Assembly: GCA_963765765.1 (NCBI GenBank)
Contig: CAVXYC010000015.1
Span: forward strand, 704,001 to 768,000
Origin: an uncultured Chloroflexia bacterium
GTDB taxonomy: Bacteria; Chloroflexota; UBA6077; JACCZL01
Direction: 5' to 3'
Length of the DNA stretch: 64,000 bases
Part shown: positions 33,371 through 42,920 of the stretch, one piece after another
Layout of the letters: the number at the start of each line of letters is the position of its first letter
Position numbering within the stretch: position 1 is the stretch's first letter
Made by a program: the position numbers and the translations under genes
The notes under the pieces: model-generated
Told to the model about the DNA's origin: nothing
The model's input: the letters and a program-made list of their open reading frames with translations, nothing else
The model's database searches: none

Positions 33371-34248
33371 TCAACCGCCACCGGCGGTTTCAGCGACGAG
33401 ACGCACGAGCGGCGCCATCTTCGGAATGCCGCGGCGCCATCTTCGGGATGCCGGGCTGAATGATTCCCGTCGGGGGGCCTCACCTGGCGCGCTTCCAGCG
33501 CCGCCGCGCACACTGGTCCAACGGCGGCGACCATCGGAGCCTTGTTAAGGCCTGACCGAAGCTCGTCGACCATCCCGATACTCTCAGCCACGAGAAAAAG
33601 GTTCTCCACTTGCGACGCGCTGGTGAACATCAAGATATCCACATCGCCTGACACGATCGAGCGGACGAGGTCTGCGAGGGGCGACGCGTGTTCGGGCATC
33701 TCCCAGTGGTAGACCTCGAGCTCCAGCGCGGTTGCGCCACGGTGATCGAGATACGCCAGGAGCTCCGCGTTGGGTCCGCCGTGACGGATCACGAGCACGG
33801 TTGTGTGCTCGAGTGAGAGTAAGTCCAGCTCACCCATGACTTCGTGCGTGGTGTACGGACTCGGCACGGAACGATCGATCCGGATACCGTGCTGCCTGAG
33901 CGCATTTGTTGGCTTCGGCCCGCGGGCAATCACCACGGTCCTGTCGACAATCGCCCTAAAGCGAGCTTCTGCATCGGGAGCGAGATCGATGAGGCCGTGA
34001 AACAGATACTCCACGCCGACGCCTGTTTGGAATACCACCGCCGTCGGCGGGCTCAATTCGAGCCTCTTCAAGACCGCCGCAAGCTGATCCGAATCAACAG
34101 AGTCGACCTCTCGAAGTGCCGGGACGACACTCGGCTCGCCGCCATAGCGTCGAACCAGCGCGGCCATCTCTGAGCTTCGGCGTGTCTCGAGGAGCGTCAC
34201 AGTCCGGCCCGCCAGCGCCGCCGTAGCCGAGCCAGACTGCTGACTCAC
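33371..34248 (-). CDS. hemD: Uroporphyrinogen-III synthase (3' end disturbed by a frameshift and a 22-bp duplication)
   Basis: L.ETRR..E...L.RRYGG, F.TGVG, ARGPKP, VY.W..P, FTSA.QV, VGPV...AL. Confidence 0.8.
33409..33452. repeat. 22-bp tandem duplication
   Basis: GCGGCGCCATCTTCGGAATGCC / GCGGCGCCATCTTCGGGATGCC (1 mismatch). Confidence 0.85.
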
Positions 34249-35811
34249 GCCACGATCTCAGCCGCCCCAAGTGTCACTGCCTGGCCGCGCTCGGCGGCAA
34301 TCTCGCGGCCCACGGCGACGACGTCGTGCCCGCCGGCATGCGCCAGGGCGAGTCGTTCGATGACCGTGTGTATCTCCGCCGCTGGCACGTTGTCCACCAC
34401 CGGCTGCGATTGCCGCGCCATCGGGACCCGATTGCCCACCGGCAAATACTTGATACACCTCGCTCACCTCACCGTTCACCCGTGATTTTCCACCCTGGAG
34501 GCCTATGGTGGCGAGGTGATGATTGCCACACGAAGCCGGGCAGCCCGACCAGTTGATCGAAATCGGACGCTTGAGTGTGGGCAGCATCTCCAGATGACGC
34601 GCCACGTCCAGCGCATGCCCTTTGGTATCTGTTAGCGCAAGGTCGCACAGGTTCGTCCCAATGCAGCTGACCGTACCGCGTATAGACGGAGAAGGATCTG
34701 GGCGCAGCTCTTCGAGAAGCGGTTCTGACAGTAGAGCCGGGAGTAGGCGATCCGGGACGTTGGGAATGATCATGTTCTGGCCGGGCGTGATGCGAATCTC
34801 GCTGGTGCCAAATCGTTCTGCGAGATCGGCGAGCCCATCGACCTGCTCCGCGGTAATGCGTCCAACGGGAACGGCAAGTCCTACGGCGTAGCGACCAAGC
34901 TGTGCCTGGGGTGTCACACCAAGATGGTCACTCTGGTGCGTTGATTGGACACCTTGCCCTGCATGCTCCAGCTCCATACCCATGCGCTCTTCTAGAGCAG
35001 ATCGGAACGCTTCCACGCCCCACTCGTCAATGAGGAAGGCGAGTCGAGCGCGAGCGCGAGATTCACGTGAGCCATGGTCACGAAACAAGAGGGTGATCTG
35101 CGCGGCCAATCTGGCAGCAAGCTCCGGCCCAACGAAGACATCAATGGATCGTGCCGCCACAAAGCCGCCTGAGCCTTGCTTTCCTCCGACCCACACGTTG
35201 AAGCCCTTGACTGTTTCTCCGTCGCGATGCTTCACCGCCGGGCTCATCGAAACATCCTGCGTCTCTAACTGCAGACAATGGTCCTGGCAGGCCGTGATTG
35301 CTACATTGAATTTGCGGGGGAGATTGGTGAACTCCCGGTTGCCTACGAAGATTTCCGAGTACGCGCGTGCCTGGGGTGAGGCATCGAACAGCTCGTGCGG
35401 TGTCAGACCGGCTAGTGGGCATGTCATTACGTTTCGAATGTTGTCCATTCCCGTCTGCAAGCTCGCCAGTCCTACGGATTGGAGACGGCTAAAGATCACA
35501 GGTACGTCCTGGATGCCGAACCAGCGGACCTGCATCTGCTGACGGGTGGTGACATCCAGATCGCCGCGGCCGAACTCGGTGGCAATTCTCGCGATCGTTC
35601 GGAGCTGCTCGCTTGTAGCAATTCCAGCAGGAATACGAATGCGCATCATGAACTGGCCGGGTGTGTGCTTCCTAAAGAAGACGCCGTACCACTTCATCCG
35701 GACCTTGTCGTCGTCGGTGATCGTTTCCCAGCCATCGCGAGCGTATCGCTCGATGTCCGGCAGCACATCCAGGCCATCTTTCGCTGACTTGATCTCCTCG
35801 AACTTATTCAT
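34245..35811 (-). CDS. nirA: Ferredoxin-nitrite reductase (frameshift near 34430)
   Basis: MNKFE.IK..KDGL, KWYG.F.R..TPG.FM.R.R, TTRQ, GMDN.RN, NLPRKFN, C.G...C and SGCP.SCG siroheme/4Fe-4S ligands. Confidence 0.92.
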
Positions 35812-38042
35812 GCTGCTGCTCCCTCCTCGGTGGCTGTGGTTTCAGAGCTGTCACAGGTCTGGTTGTCGGGTTTCAGCGGGATAACCGCTGCTCCAGCTAC
35901 GGGCCGGACCTGAACGATTCGGTACTTCAAAGCTGGCTGTTTTGAGACGGGGTCAAACGCGGAATCCGTCGCGGTGTTGAGAGATCCCCCGTCATTGCGC
36001 AGCGTGCCCCAATGAAAGGGCGCGAACACGGTGCCCGGCGGAACGTCCCTGGTGATCCGAGCCTGGAAGCGTGCGGCCTCACCCACGGGCGCTTGAACCT
36101 CAACCCAGACGCCTTCCTCGATTCCAAGCGGCCGGGCATCGTCTGGATTGATGGCCAGGTATGGTTCCGGGCAGCTCTTCATAAGCTGTGGCACATTTCC
36201 GGTCCTGGTCATGGTGTGCCATTGATCGCGCTCACGCCCGGTTGTCAGGATCAGTCCGTGTTTCCTGGTTGGCTGCTCCTGTGGACGCCAGACGGGCGCG
36301 TGAAAACGGGCACGTCCATCCGCGGTCCCGAACCAGAGGTCGCTGTAGAGGCGTGGCGTTCCTGGACTGTCATCCGATGGGCAAGGCCACTGGAGTCCAC
36401 CTTTGGTCTGAAGCCGAGCGTACGAGACGCCCGTAATATCCATATCCGTTCCTCGAGTGCACTCGCGATACTCGTTGAAGACGGATTCGGCATTCGGGAA
36501 ATTGAAATCAACGCCATAGCCGAGCCGCTGGCCCAGCTCAGCGAAGATTGCCCAGTCCGACCGCGCATGGCCCGGTGGGTCAACGAGCGTCGGCATGTAC
36601 GAAATTCGGCGCTCGGATGACGTGCTGGTCCCGTCTTTTTCCGACCATTGCGCCGCCGGAAGCGTCAGGTGAGCCATTTCAGACGTCTCGGTGGGGAAAT
36701 ACGCGTCCTGTACTACGACGAGCTCGGCTCGCTGCAGCCCAGCGCGCACGGTCTGCAGATCTGGCATGGAGACCATTGGATTGGTGGCCGCGATCCAGAT
36801 TGCCTTCATGGCCCCTGACGCCAACGCCTCGAACATCTCCACGGCAGTCAGTCCCGGCTTCGGCTGAATCCGTTCTTGCGGAGCTCGCCAATGCTCAGCC
36901 ATCTCACGGCGGTGTTCTTCGTTCACTACAAGGCGATGGCCAGGGAGTAACGCAGCCAGTCCGCCCACTTCGCGCCCGCCCATGGCATTCGGCTGTCCCG
37001 TGAGCGAGAACGGTCCGGCTCCGGGGCGTCCGATCTGTCCAGTTGCCAGATGCAGATTGATGAGAGCCAGGGAGCGATCGACTCCATCGGTGTTTTGATT
37101 CACGCCCATGGCCCAGAATGAGAGTGCTGCACGGGCACCGCCGAACGCCCGGGCCGCGGCCTCGATAAGGTGTGCTTCGATCCCGGTTGCTTCGGCGGTT
37201 CGCTCCAGATCCCAGGTTTCCGCGGACGCGGCGGTGGCCTCCCATCCGGAGGTGTGCTGGGTGACGAAGTCCTGATTCACCAGGCCATCGCGCATGGCGA
37301 CGTGAAGCAAGCCGTAGAGAAGAGGCAGATCGGCACCAGGCTTCACTTGCAGGTGAATGTCCGCGTCCCGCGTGGTTGCTGTCTTGCGCGGGTCGATCAC
37401 GATCATGGTCGCGCCGTTACAAGCCGCTCTTCGCGTGAGCGCTCGTTTGAAGAGAACGGGGTGACAATCCGCCGCGTTTGAGCCGATGAGCAAGAAGCAG
37501 TCAGCCTGATCGATGTCTTCGTATGAGCAGGGCGGACCATCTTTACCGAGCGCAAGCTGGTACGCGGACACGGCGCTGGACATGCATAGACGTGAATTCG
37601 AATCGACGTTGTTGGTCCCGATGAAGCCTTTGGCTAGCTTGTTGACGACGTAGTAGTCCTCGGTGAGAAGTTGGCCGGAGATGTAGAAGCCGACGCTATC
37701 TGGGCCGTGCTCCTGGATGATTCGACTGAATCGATCAGAAGCCCAGCCCATCGCCATCTCCCAGCTCACGCGACTGAACGGACGATGGCGGCCTTCGCGA
37801 AACCAGGGGTAGGCCAGACGGTCCTGTGCATTGACTGCCTGAGGCAAGTAGACCGCCTTACGGCAGAGCATGCCCTTTGTGCCGCGATGCTGAGCATCGC
37901 CACGGACTCGGCTTACGGCTCCGTCCACGACCTCGACTGAAAGGCCACACCCGACGCCGCAATAGGGGCAAATCGTTGTCCCCACGGCCAGCGTGTCCCT
38001 TGCCTTGTGCGAGTCGCTCGGCAACATCTCGAGTGGCGTCAT
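35808..38042 (-). CDS. narB: Assimilatory nitrate reductase, molybdopterin catalytic subunit (NarB/NasA-type)
   Basis: CPYCGVGC..C.K, SGQLLTEDYY..NKL.KG..GTNN.D.NSRLCMSSA, FSLTGQPNAMGGREVG, TTGR.RDQWHTMTRTG, DP.SKQP..K. Confidence 0.92.
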   Translation of the reverse strand: MTPLEMLPSDSHKARDTLAVGTTICPYCGVGCGLSVEVVDGAVSRVRGDAQHRGTKGMLCRKAVYLPQAVNAQDRLAYPWFREGRHRPFSRVSWEMAMGWASDRFSRIIQEHGPDSVGFYISGQLLTEDYYVVNKLAKGFIGTNNVDSNSRLCMSSAVSAYQLALGKDGPPCSYEDIDQADCFLLIGSNAADCHPVLFKRALTRRAACNGATMIVIDPRKTATTRDADIHLQVKPGADLPLLYGLLHVAMRDGLVNQDFVTQHTSGWEATAASAETWDLERTAEATGIEAHLIEAAARAFGGARAALSFWAMGVNQNTDGVDRSLALINLHLATGQIGRPGAGPFSLTGQPNAMGGREVGGLAALLPGHRLVVNEEHRREMAEHWRAPQERIQPKPGLTAVEMFEALASGAMKAIWIAATNPMVSMPDLQTVRAGLQRAELVVVQDAYFPTETSEMAHLTLPAAQWSEKDGTSTSSERRISYMPTLVDPPGHARSDWAIFAELGQRLGYGVDFNFPNAESVFNEYRECTRGTDMDITGVSYARLQTKGGLQWPCPSDDSPGTPRLYSDLWFGTADGRARFHAPVWRPQEQPTRKHGLILTTGRERDQWHTMTRTGNVPQLMKSCPEPYLAINPDDARPLGIEEGVWVEVQAPVGEAARFQARITRDVPPGTVFAPFHWGTLRNDGGSLNTATDSAFDPVSKQPALKYRIVQVRPVAGAAVIPLKPDNQTCDSSETTATEEGAAA

Positions 38043-39296
38043 TCAGGCATGCTCCACCGAGAATGCCGCGTTGGGTCGAGCGTTCCAGCCAGCTCGCCAG
38101 CCATGCTCCAGCGCAACGAGGGCTCTCAGCGCCACTACCGCGATCGCAGCGAACGTCGCCAGAATGACGAACCCGGTGGCAAAAGAACCGCTTGACTCCT
38201 TGACACTGCCCAAGAGGATTGGAAGGAAGAAGCCACCCAGCCCGCCGATAGCTCCGACCGTGCCCGTTGCGATGCCTATCTGCGAGCTGAAGCGTTGCGG
38301 CACAAGCTGGAACACGGAGCCGTTGCCGACGCCAAAGCAAGCCATGCCCGCGATCAGAAGCACCGAGGCAACCTGCACTGGCGGCAAGGCGCTCACGCAG
38401 GCATACGTAAGGGCGATGCCCACCAGAACGATGGAGAGGAGTCGGACTCCGCCAACCTTGTCAGCCAGATACCCGCCGATCGGGCGGATGCCACTGCCTA
38501 CGAAAGCTGCCAGGGCCGTGATGCTGCCCGCGCTCACTGGATCGAGCGAGTACTGGTCACGCAAAAAGAGAGGTAGGTAGCTACTCAGGCCAACGTAGCC
38601 TCCAAAGGTCACGCTGTAGAGCAGGCAGAACCACCACATGTCTCCATGTGCCAGTGCCTGTAGATGGCTGGAAAGCGGCGGGTTCGTCGCCGACCTGGGG
38701 CTGTCCTCGGCCAGGAGGATGAACGCCACCAGGGCAACGGCCAATGGAACCATGGCCATCCCAAGCACGTTGTGCCATCCGACAGACTCGGCCATACGCG
38801 GAGCAAGTAGATTGGCGATGACGGTGCCGCTGTTTCCCGCCGCAGCAATGCCCATGGCCAGGCCTTGACGATGCGGCGGATACCACTTGCTGGCCAGCGG
38901 TAACGCCACCGCGAACGAGGCGCCCGCGCTTCCCAGCATGAGCCCGATCGCGAGCAGCGCCGGTAGTCCATCGCCTATCAGCCAGCCCATGGTCAGCGGA
39001 ACGAACAGAAAGGCCAGCATTCCAACACCAACCCGCTTGCCGCCCAGACGGTCTCCGAGAATACCGAGTGGGATGCGCAAGAGCGATCCGGTAAAGATTG
39101 GCACCGCGACCATCAAGCCTTTTTCGCTAGGGCTCAGCCCCGCCGATTCCGCGATTGAGATGCCCAACGCGCCCAAAAGCACCCAGAGCATGAAGCTGAT
39201 ATCGAAGTGCAGGAAGCTGGCAACGAGCGTCGGTGTGTGCCCGCCGCGGGCGAACTCCTCGGCTGAATGGCGCTGAGTCGTCGTGATTGGCGACAT
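38043..39296 (-). CDS. narK: Nitrate/nitrite MFS transporter (NarK/NasA family)
   Basis: GH.PTL..SFL.FD.SFM.W, GASFAVALPLAS.WYPP..QG.A.GIA.AGNSGT, Y..TFGG.VG, G.GNG.VFQLVPQRF, GG.GGF. Confidence 0.9.
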   Translation of the reverse strand: MSPITTTQRHSAEEFARGGHTPTLVASFLHFDISFMLWVLLGALGISIAESAGLSPSEKGLMVAVPIFTGSLLRIPLGILGDRLGGKRVGVGMLAFLFVPLTMGWLIGDGLPALLAIGLMLGSAGASFAVALPLASKWYPPHRQGLAMGIAAAGNSGTVIANLLAPRMAESVGWHNVLGMAMVPLAVALVAFILLAEDSPRSATNPPLSSHLQALAHGDMWWFCLLYSVTFGGYVGLSSYLPLFLRDQYSLDPVSAGSITALAAFVGSGIRPIGGYLADKVGGVRLLSIVLVGIALTYACVSALPPVQVASVLLIAGMACFGVGNGSVFQLVPQRFSSQIGIATGTVGAIGGLGGFFLPILLGSVKESSGSFATGFVILATFAAIAVVALRALVALEHGWRAGWNARPNAAFSVEHA

Positions 39297-39499
39297 GACG
39301 GACGAACCCCTCCCGGACCCATCAATGAATCAAGTCGATTCAGAGATGACTGAGTAGAAGCGTAGGGAGATTCACGGGGCAGTGACTTCCCCGGCGACGC
39401 ACAAAGAGAGGGGGCCAAATTCTGTGCGCGGCGTACAACGCGTGAGAACTGGCCCTCACTTCTTGTCGAGAATGACGCTGATGACGCGTCCGCGAAGGT

Positions 39500-40345
39500 C
39501 TACTCCGTGGCTTCGTGGCCTCGGTAGGCCTCCGTGAGCAGGAATAGAAGTCGATCGCGAGCGGATGTGTATGCCTCGTGGTGAATCATCGAGCGACGGT
39601 CGCGTGGACGTGGGATGTCGATCGAGACGATCTCACCCACGGTGGCGGCGGGGCCGTTGGTCATGACGACCACTCGATCGGACAGATAGATGGCTTCATC
39701 AATGTCGTGCGTCACCATGAGCACCGTCTCAGTCTTCCGATCCATGCTCCACATCGTTACCAGCTCTTCGTGCAACGCGGACTTGGTCAGGGCGTCGAGC
39801 GCGCCGAACGGCTCGTCCAGGAGTAGCACCTTTGGGTGGACCGAGAACGCTCGCGCAATGGCCACGCGCTGCTTCATTCCACCGGAGAGCTGGTGCGGCT
39901 TCTTAGAGGCTGCCGCGGCTAGCCCGACCATCTCCAGAAAGCGATCTGTCTGCGCTTCTTTGTCCGCGCGGGAAACATCATTGAAGGCTGAATCCACGGC
40001 TTCGTAGACGTTCTCGCGAACGGTCAGCCAGGGAAGGAGACTGTAGTTCTGAAACACCATGGACCGATCGGACCCGGGTGAGGTGATTTCATTCCCATCG
40101 AGAATGATCGATCCTCCACTTGGCTCGGAAAGGCCAGCCACCATGTTCAAGAGTGTGCTCTTGCCGCATCCGGAGTGGCCAATGAGCGAGATGAACTCGC
40201 CGCGGCCGATCTCCAGGGTGACGTCGCGAACGGCCACGTAGGGCCCGCTCGATGTAGGAAACGACTTCGTTACGCATTGAAATGCGAGCACCGTTCCCGG
40301 CGCAGAGCTGCTGGAGACTTCTTCGTTCGTAAGTATTTGTGTCAC
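39500..40345 (-). CDS. nrtD: Nitrate ABC transporter ATP-binding protein (NrtC/D)
   Basis: [55 protein letters not shown]. Confidence 0.88.
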   Translation of the reverse strand: MTQILTNEEVSSSSAPGTVLAFQCVTKSFPTSSGPYVAVRDVTLEIGRGEFISLIGHSGCGKSTLLNMVAGLSEPSGGSIILDGNEITSPGSDRSMVFQNYSLLPWLTVRENVYEAVDSAFNDVSRADKEAQTDRFLEMVGLAAAASKKPHQLSGGMKQRVAIARAFSVHPKVLLLDEPFGALDALTKSALHEELVTMWSMDRKTETVLMVTHDIDEAIYLSDRVVVMTNGPAATVGEIVSIDIPRPRDRRSMIHHEAYTSARDRLLFLLTEAYRGHEATE

Positions 40346-40351
40346 TGCCAG

Positions 40352-41194
40352 TTACGCCTCGTACGCTGCTTTGTGCGCTGCGAAATCGAACACACGATCC
40401 AGAATCAGGCCCACGAGGCCGATCAGCAGAATGGCGCTGATGATCCGATCGACCTTCAAGGCGTTCCAGCTATCCCATACGAAGAAACCAAGCCCAACAC
40501 CGCCAGCGAGCATCTCCGCCGCGACGATGACCATCCAGGCGATGCCCATGCTGAGGCGGAGGCCTGTCAGGATATGCGGCAGGCTGTAGGGCAGCACGAC
40601 CTTACGGATGTACTTCCAGCGGGAGAAGCAAAAGACGCGGGCGACGTTCTTATGATCGTTGGGAATGCTGGCCACGCCGAAGGCCGTGTTGATGATCGTT
40701 GGCCAGAGTGCGGTCATAAAGATGACGAACACGGTTGCCGGCTGGGCCGAGTGGAGCGTCGCCAGGCCAATCGGGAACCAGGCCAGGGGTGATACTGGGC
40801 GCAGGACCTGAACGAGCGGATTCACCACGCGATACACCCCGGGGGTAATGCCCATGGCGATTCCAAGTGGAATGGCGACGAGTGACGCGAGTCCAAAGCC
40901 CGTGGCTACGCGGCCGAGCGAGGCGTAGAGCTGGATTCCGATGCCTTTATCGTTTGGGCCTTTGTCATAGAAGGGATTGGCGATCAGCCCCCAGAAGGTG
41001 ACGAGGGTTTGCCCGGGACCGGGCAGATCGTTACCCGCGACCCAGGCCGCCATACTCCAGATTCCAAGGATGAGTGCAAGCGCGGCGCCGGCGGTGACGA
41101 GCGACTTTATCGCCCGTCGTCCAAGATCACCGAGAATGCCGAGTGCGGGTGTAGGGAACGATGACGCTGGTTGTCTCATGCTGATCTGTCTCAT
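40352..41194 (-). CDS. nrtB: Nitrate ABC transporter permease
   Basis: PFY..GPNDKGIG, LRPVSPLAW.PI, WPT.INT..GV, TGLRLS.GIAW.VIVAAEML.GG.G.GF..WD. Confidence 0.9.
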   Translation of the reverse strand: MRQISMRQPASSFPTPALGILGDLGRRAIKSLVTAGAALALILGIWSMAAWVAGNDLPGPGQTLVTFWGLIANPFYDKGPNDKGIGIQLYASLGRVATGFGLASLVAIPLGIAMGITPGVYRVVNPLVQVLRPVSPLAWFPIGLATLHSAQPATVFVIFMTALWPTIINTAFGVASIPNDHKNVARVFCFSRWKYIRKVVLPYSLPHILTGLRLSMGIAWMVIVAAEMLAGGVGLGFFVWDSWNALKVDRIISAILLIGLVGLILDRVFDFAAHKAAYEA

Positions 41195-41252
41195 GACGAC
41201 CCTCCTCCTGAACGTGGTGCGCGATCGCGCGATTCAAATCGTCGTTGCATGA

Positions 41253-42629
41253 CTAAGCCGCAACTACTGGATAGCGAGCCAGTGAACCGGTCGGGTCCTT
41301 CGGATCGAATGCGATGCCGTCCACCTGTGGAGTGATCGTGTTCATGTCATCGTCGGGAACGGGGATGCTCATTTCCCTGGCAATCTCTTGGTAAACATCC
41401 TGGAGAATCAGCCGATCCGCGATTTTGGTGTATTCCGGATGTGACTGGAGATACCCAAAGCGGACGTACTGAGCCATGAACCAGATGGCGTGGCCTTTAC
41501 GCGGGAAGTTCACATCTCCCTTGTTGCTGAAAAGCATGGAATCGTCGGTGTAAGTCTTTTCTCCGAGACCTGCACCCAGGTCGTACTTACCGGCGAGTCT
41601 GGCGTCGATCACGTCCGCGGATGCGTTGACGTAGGATTGACTCCCGACTGTTGCCGCGGCTTTTGCACGATTGTCTGGCACATCGAGCCAGGCCGAGGCT
41701 TCGAGAACCGCACGCATGACGGCTTTCATATCGTTCGTTCGCGTCTCAGCAAATGTCTTGTTGACGACGAGCGCTTTCTCCGTATGGTGCTTCCACATAT
41801 CCTGAGTGGCGATCTGTGTGAACCCGATACCTTCCTTCGCGGCGACGCCACCCCAGGGCTCACCCACGCAGTACCCGTCCATGTTGCCAACCTTCATGTT
41901 GGCAACCATCTGCGGCGGTGGAATCGTGATGATCTTCACGGTTTCCTGTGGGACACCTGCCGCGGCCAGCCAATACCGCAACCAGAGATCGTGGGTCCCG
42001 CCGGGGAAGGTCATGGCAAAGGTTAGCTCACGTCCGCCTTTGCGAATGTCCGCGACCGCCGGGCCGACCTTCTTGACCTCAGGCACGCCGTGGCCCACGA
42101 GTCCACCAAAGAGATCCTTGCTGAGGGTAATGGCCTGACCGTTGGTATTGAGCACCATGGCCACGAACATCTCGCGCCCGGCTGGTCCGCCGACCCCCGT
42201 GTTCACGGAGAAGGGCATACCAAAGAGGCAGTGCGCGCCCTCTAGATCTCCACTCAGAAGCTTGTCGCGAACGTTCGCCCAGGATGCTTCCTTGACCACT
42301 TCAACGTTGACGCCATGTTTCCTGTAGAGGCCTAGCTCAGACGCCATGGCAACCGACGCACAGTCCGTGAGGGGAATGAATCCCAGACGGATCGGCTGCG
42401 ATTTGGCGACGGCCGCGTCCGCTCCTCCCGATGGAGCCGTTTGGGCGGTTGAAGCGGTGGGGCTGGCGGACGGGGCCGATCCACATGCTTGGAGAAGGCT
42501 GCCTGAGGCGGCCAGCGCCGCGAATCCCGCGACACGATGGAGAAACACTCGTCGTGTCGCTCGCGATGGGTGACGTGGCGTCGGGACTGTCTCAGCGACG
42601 GGCGCGTCGGCTTCACGCGATTGGCTCAT
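41253..42629 (-). CDS. nrtA: NrtA/CmpA-family substrate-binding lipoprotein (Tat-like signal)
   Basis: TRRVFL..LLQAC signal; LGFIPLTDCA, SWA..RD, NGQAITL, AMTFPGGTHD.W.RYWLAA.G, PPPQMVANM, CVGEPW, H.EK. Confidence 0.9.
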   Translation of the reverse strand: MSQSREADAPVAETVPTPRHPSRATRRVFLHRVAGFAALAASGSLLQACGSAPSASPTASTAQTAPSGGADAAVAKSQPIRLGFIPLTDCASVAMASELGLYRKHGVNVEVVKEASWANVRDKLLSGDLEGAHCLFGMPFSVNTGVGGPAGREMFVAMVLNTNGQAITLSKDLFGGLVGHGVPEVKKVGPAVADIRKGGRELTFAMTFPGGTHDLWLRYWLAAAGVPQETVKIITIPPPQMVANMKVGNMDGYCVGEPWGGVAAKEGIGFTQIATQDMWKHHTEKALVVNKTFAETRTNDMKAVMRAVLEASAWLDVPDNRAKAAATVGSQSYVNASADVIDARLAGKYDLGAGLGEKTYTDDSMLFSNKGDVNFPRKGHAIWFMAQYVRFGYLQSHPEYTKIADRLILQDVYQEIAREMSIPVPDDDMNTITPQVDGIAFDPKDPTGSLARYPVVAA

Positions 42630-42920
42630 GGTCTGGCAATGACCCCCAGGCACAATTTCGCAGCCACATACGCTGGCTACGGACTTCAGAAGCCTATAGG
42701 CCCCTGATACGGGAATTTGACGTACGCCCGGTACAAATCCAAGCTCGTTATTTTGGACGGGCGATCCGAGACGCGTGAATCGAACAGGCGTTCGTAGAGC
42801 GGAATGCGAAAAAGTTTCCGAATGCACGCTTGAAAAGCCGCGGCAAATAAATGCTCGCCGGGCAGGGAGTCGCGTTTTGCGGGCTTGACTCGTTTAGCGC
42901 TTGCGCGGAGCGGTGAGGGC

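Noticed and set aside
33371-34248. NnaR (HemD-wHTH fusion regulator)
   Set aside because: The ORF ends right after the HemD domain; there is no room or motif for a winged helix.
39500-42629. Bicarbonate (Cmp) or cyanate (Cyn) ABC transporter
   Set aside because: The family is shared, but linkage to narK/narB/nirA and the absence of cynS favour nitrate/nitrite; substrate not proven.
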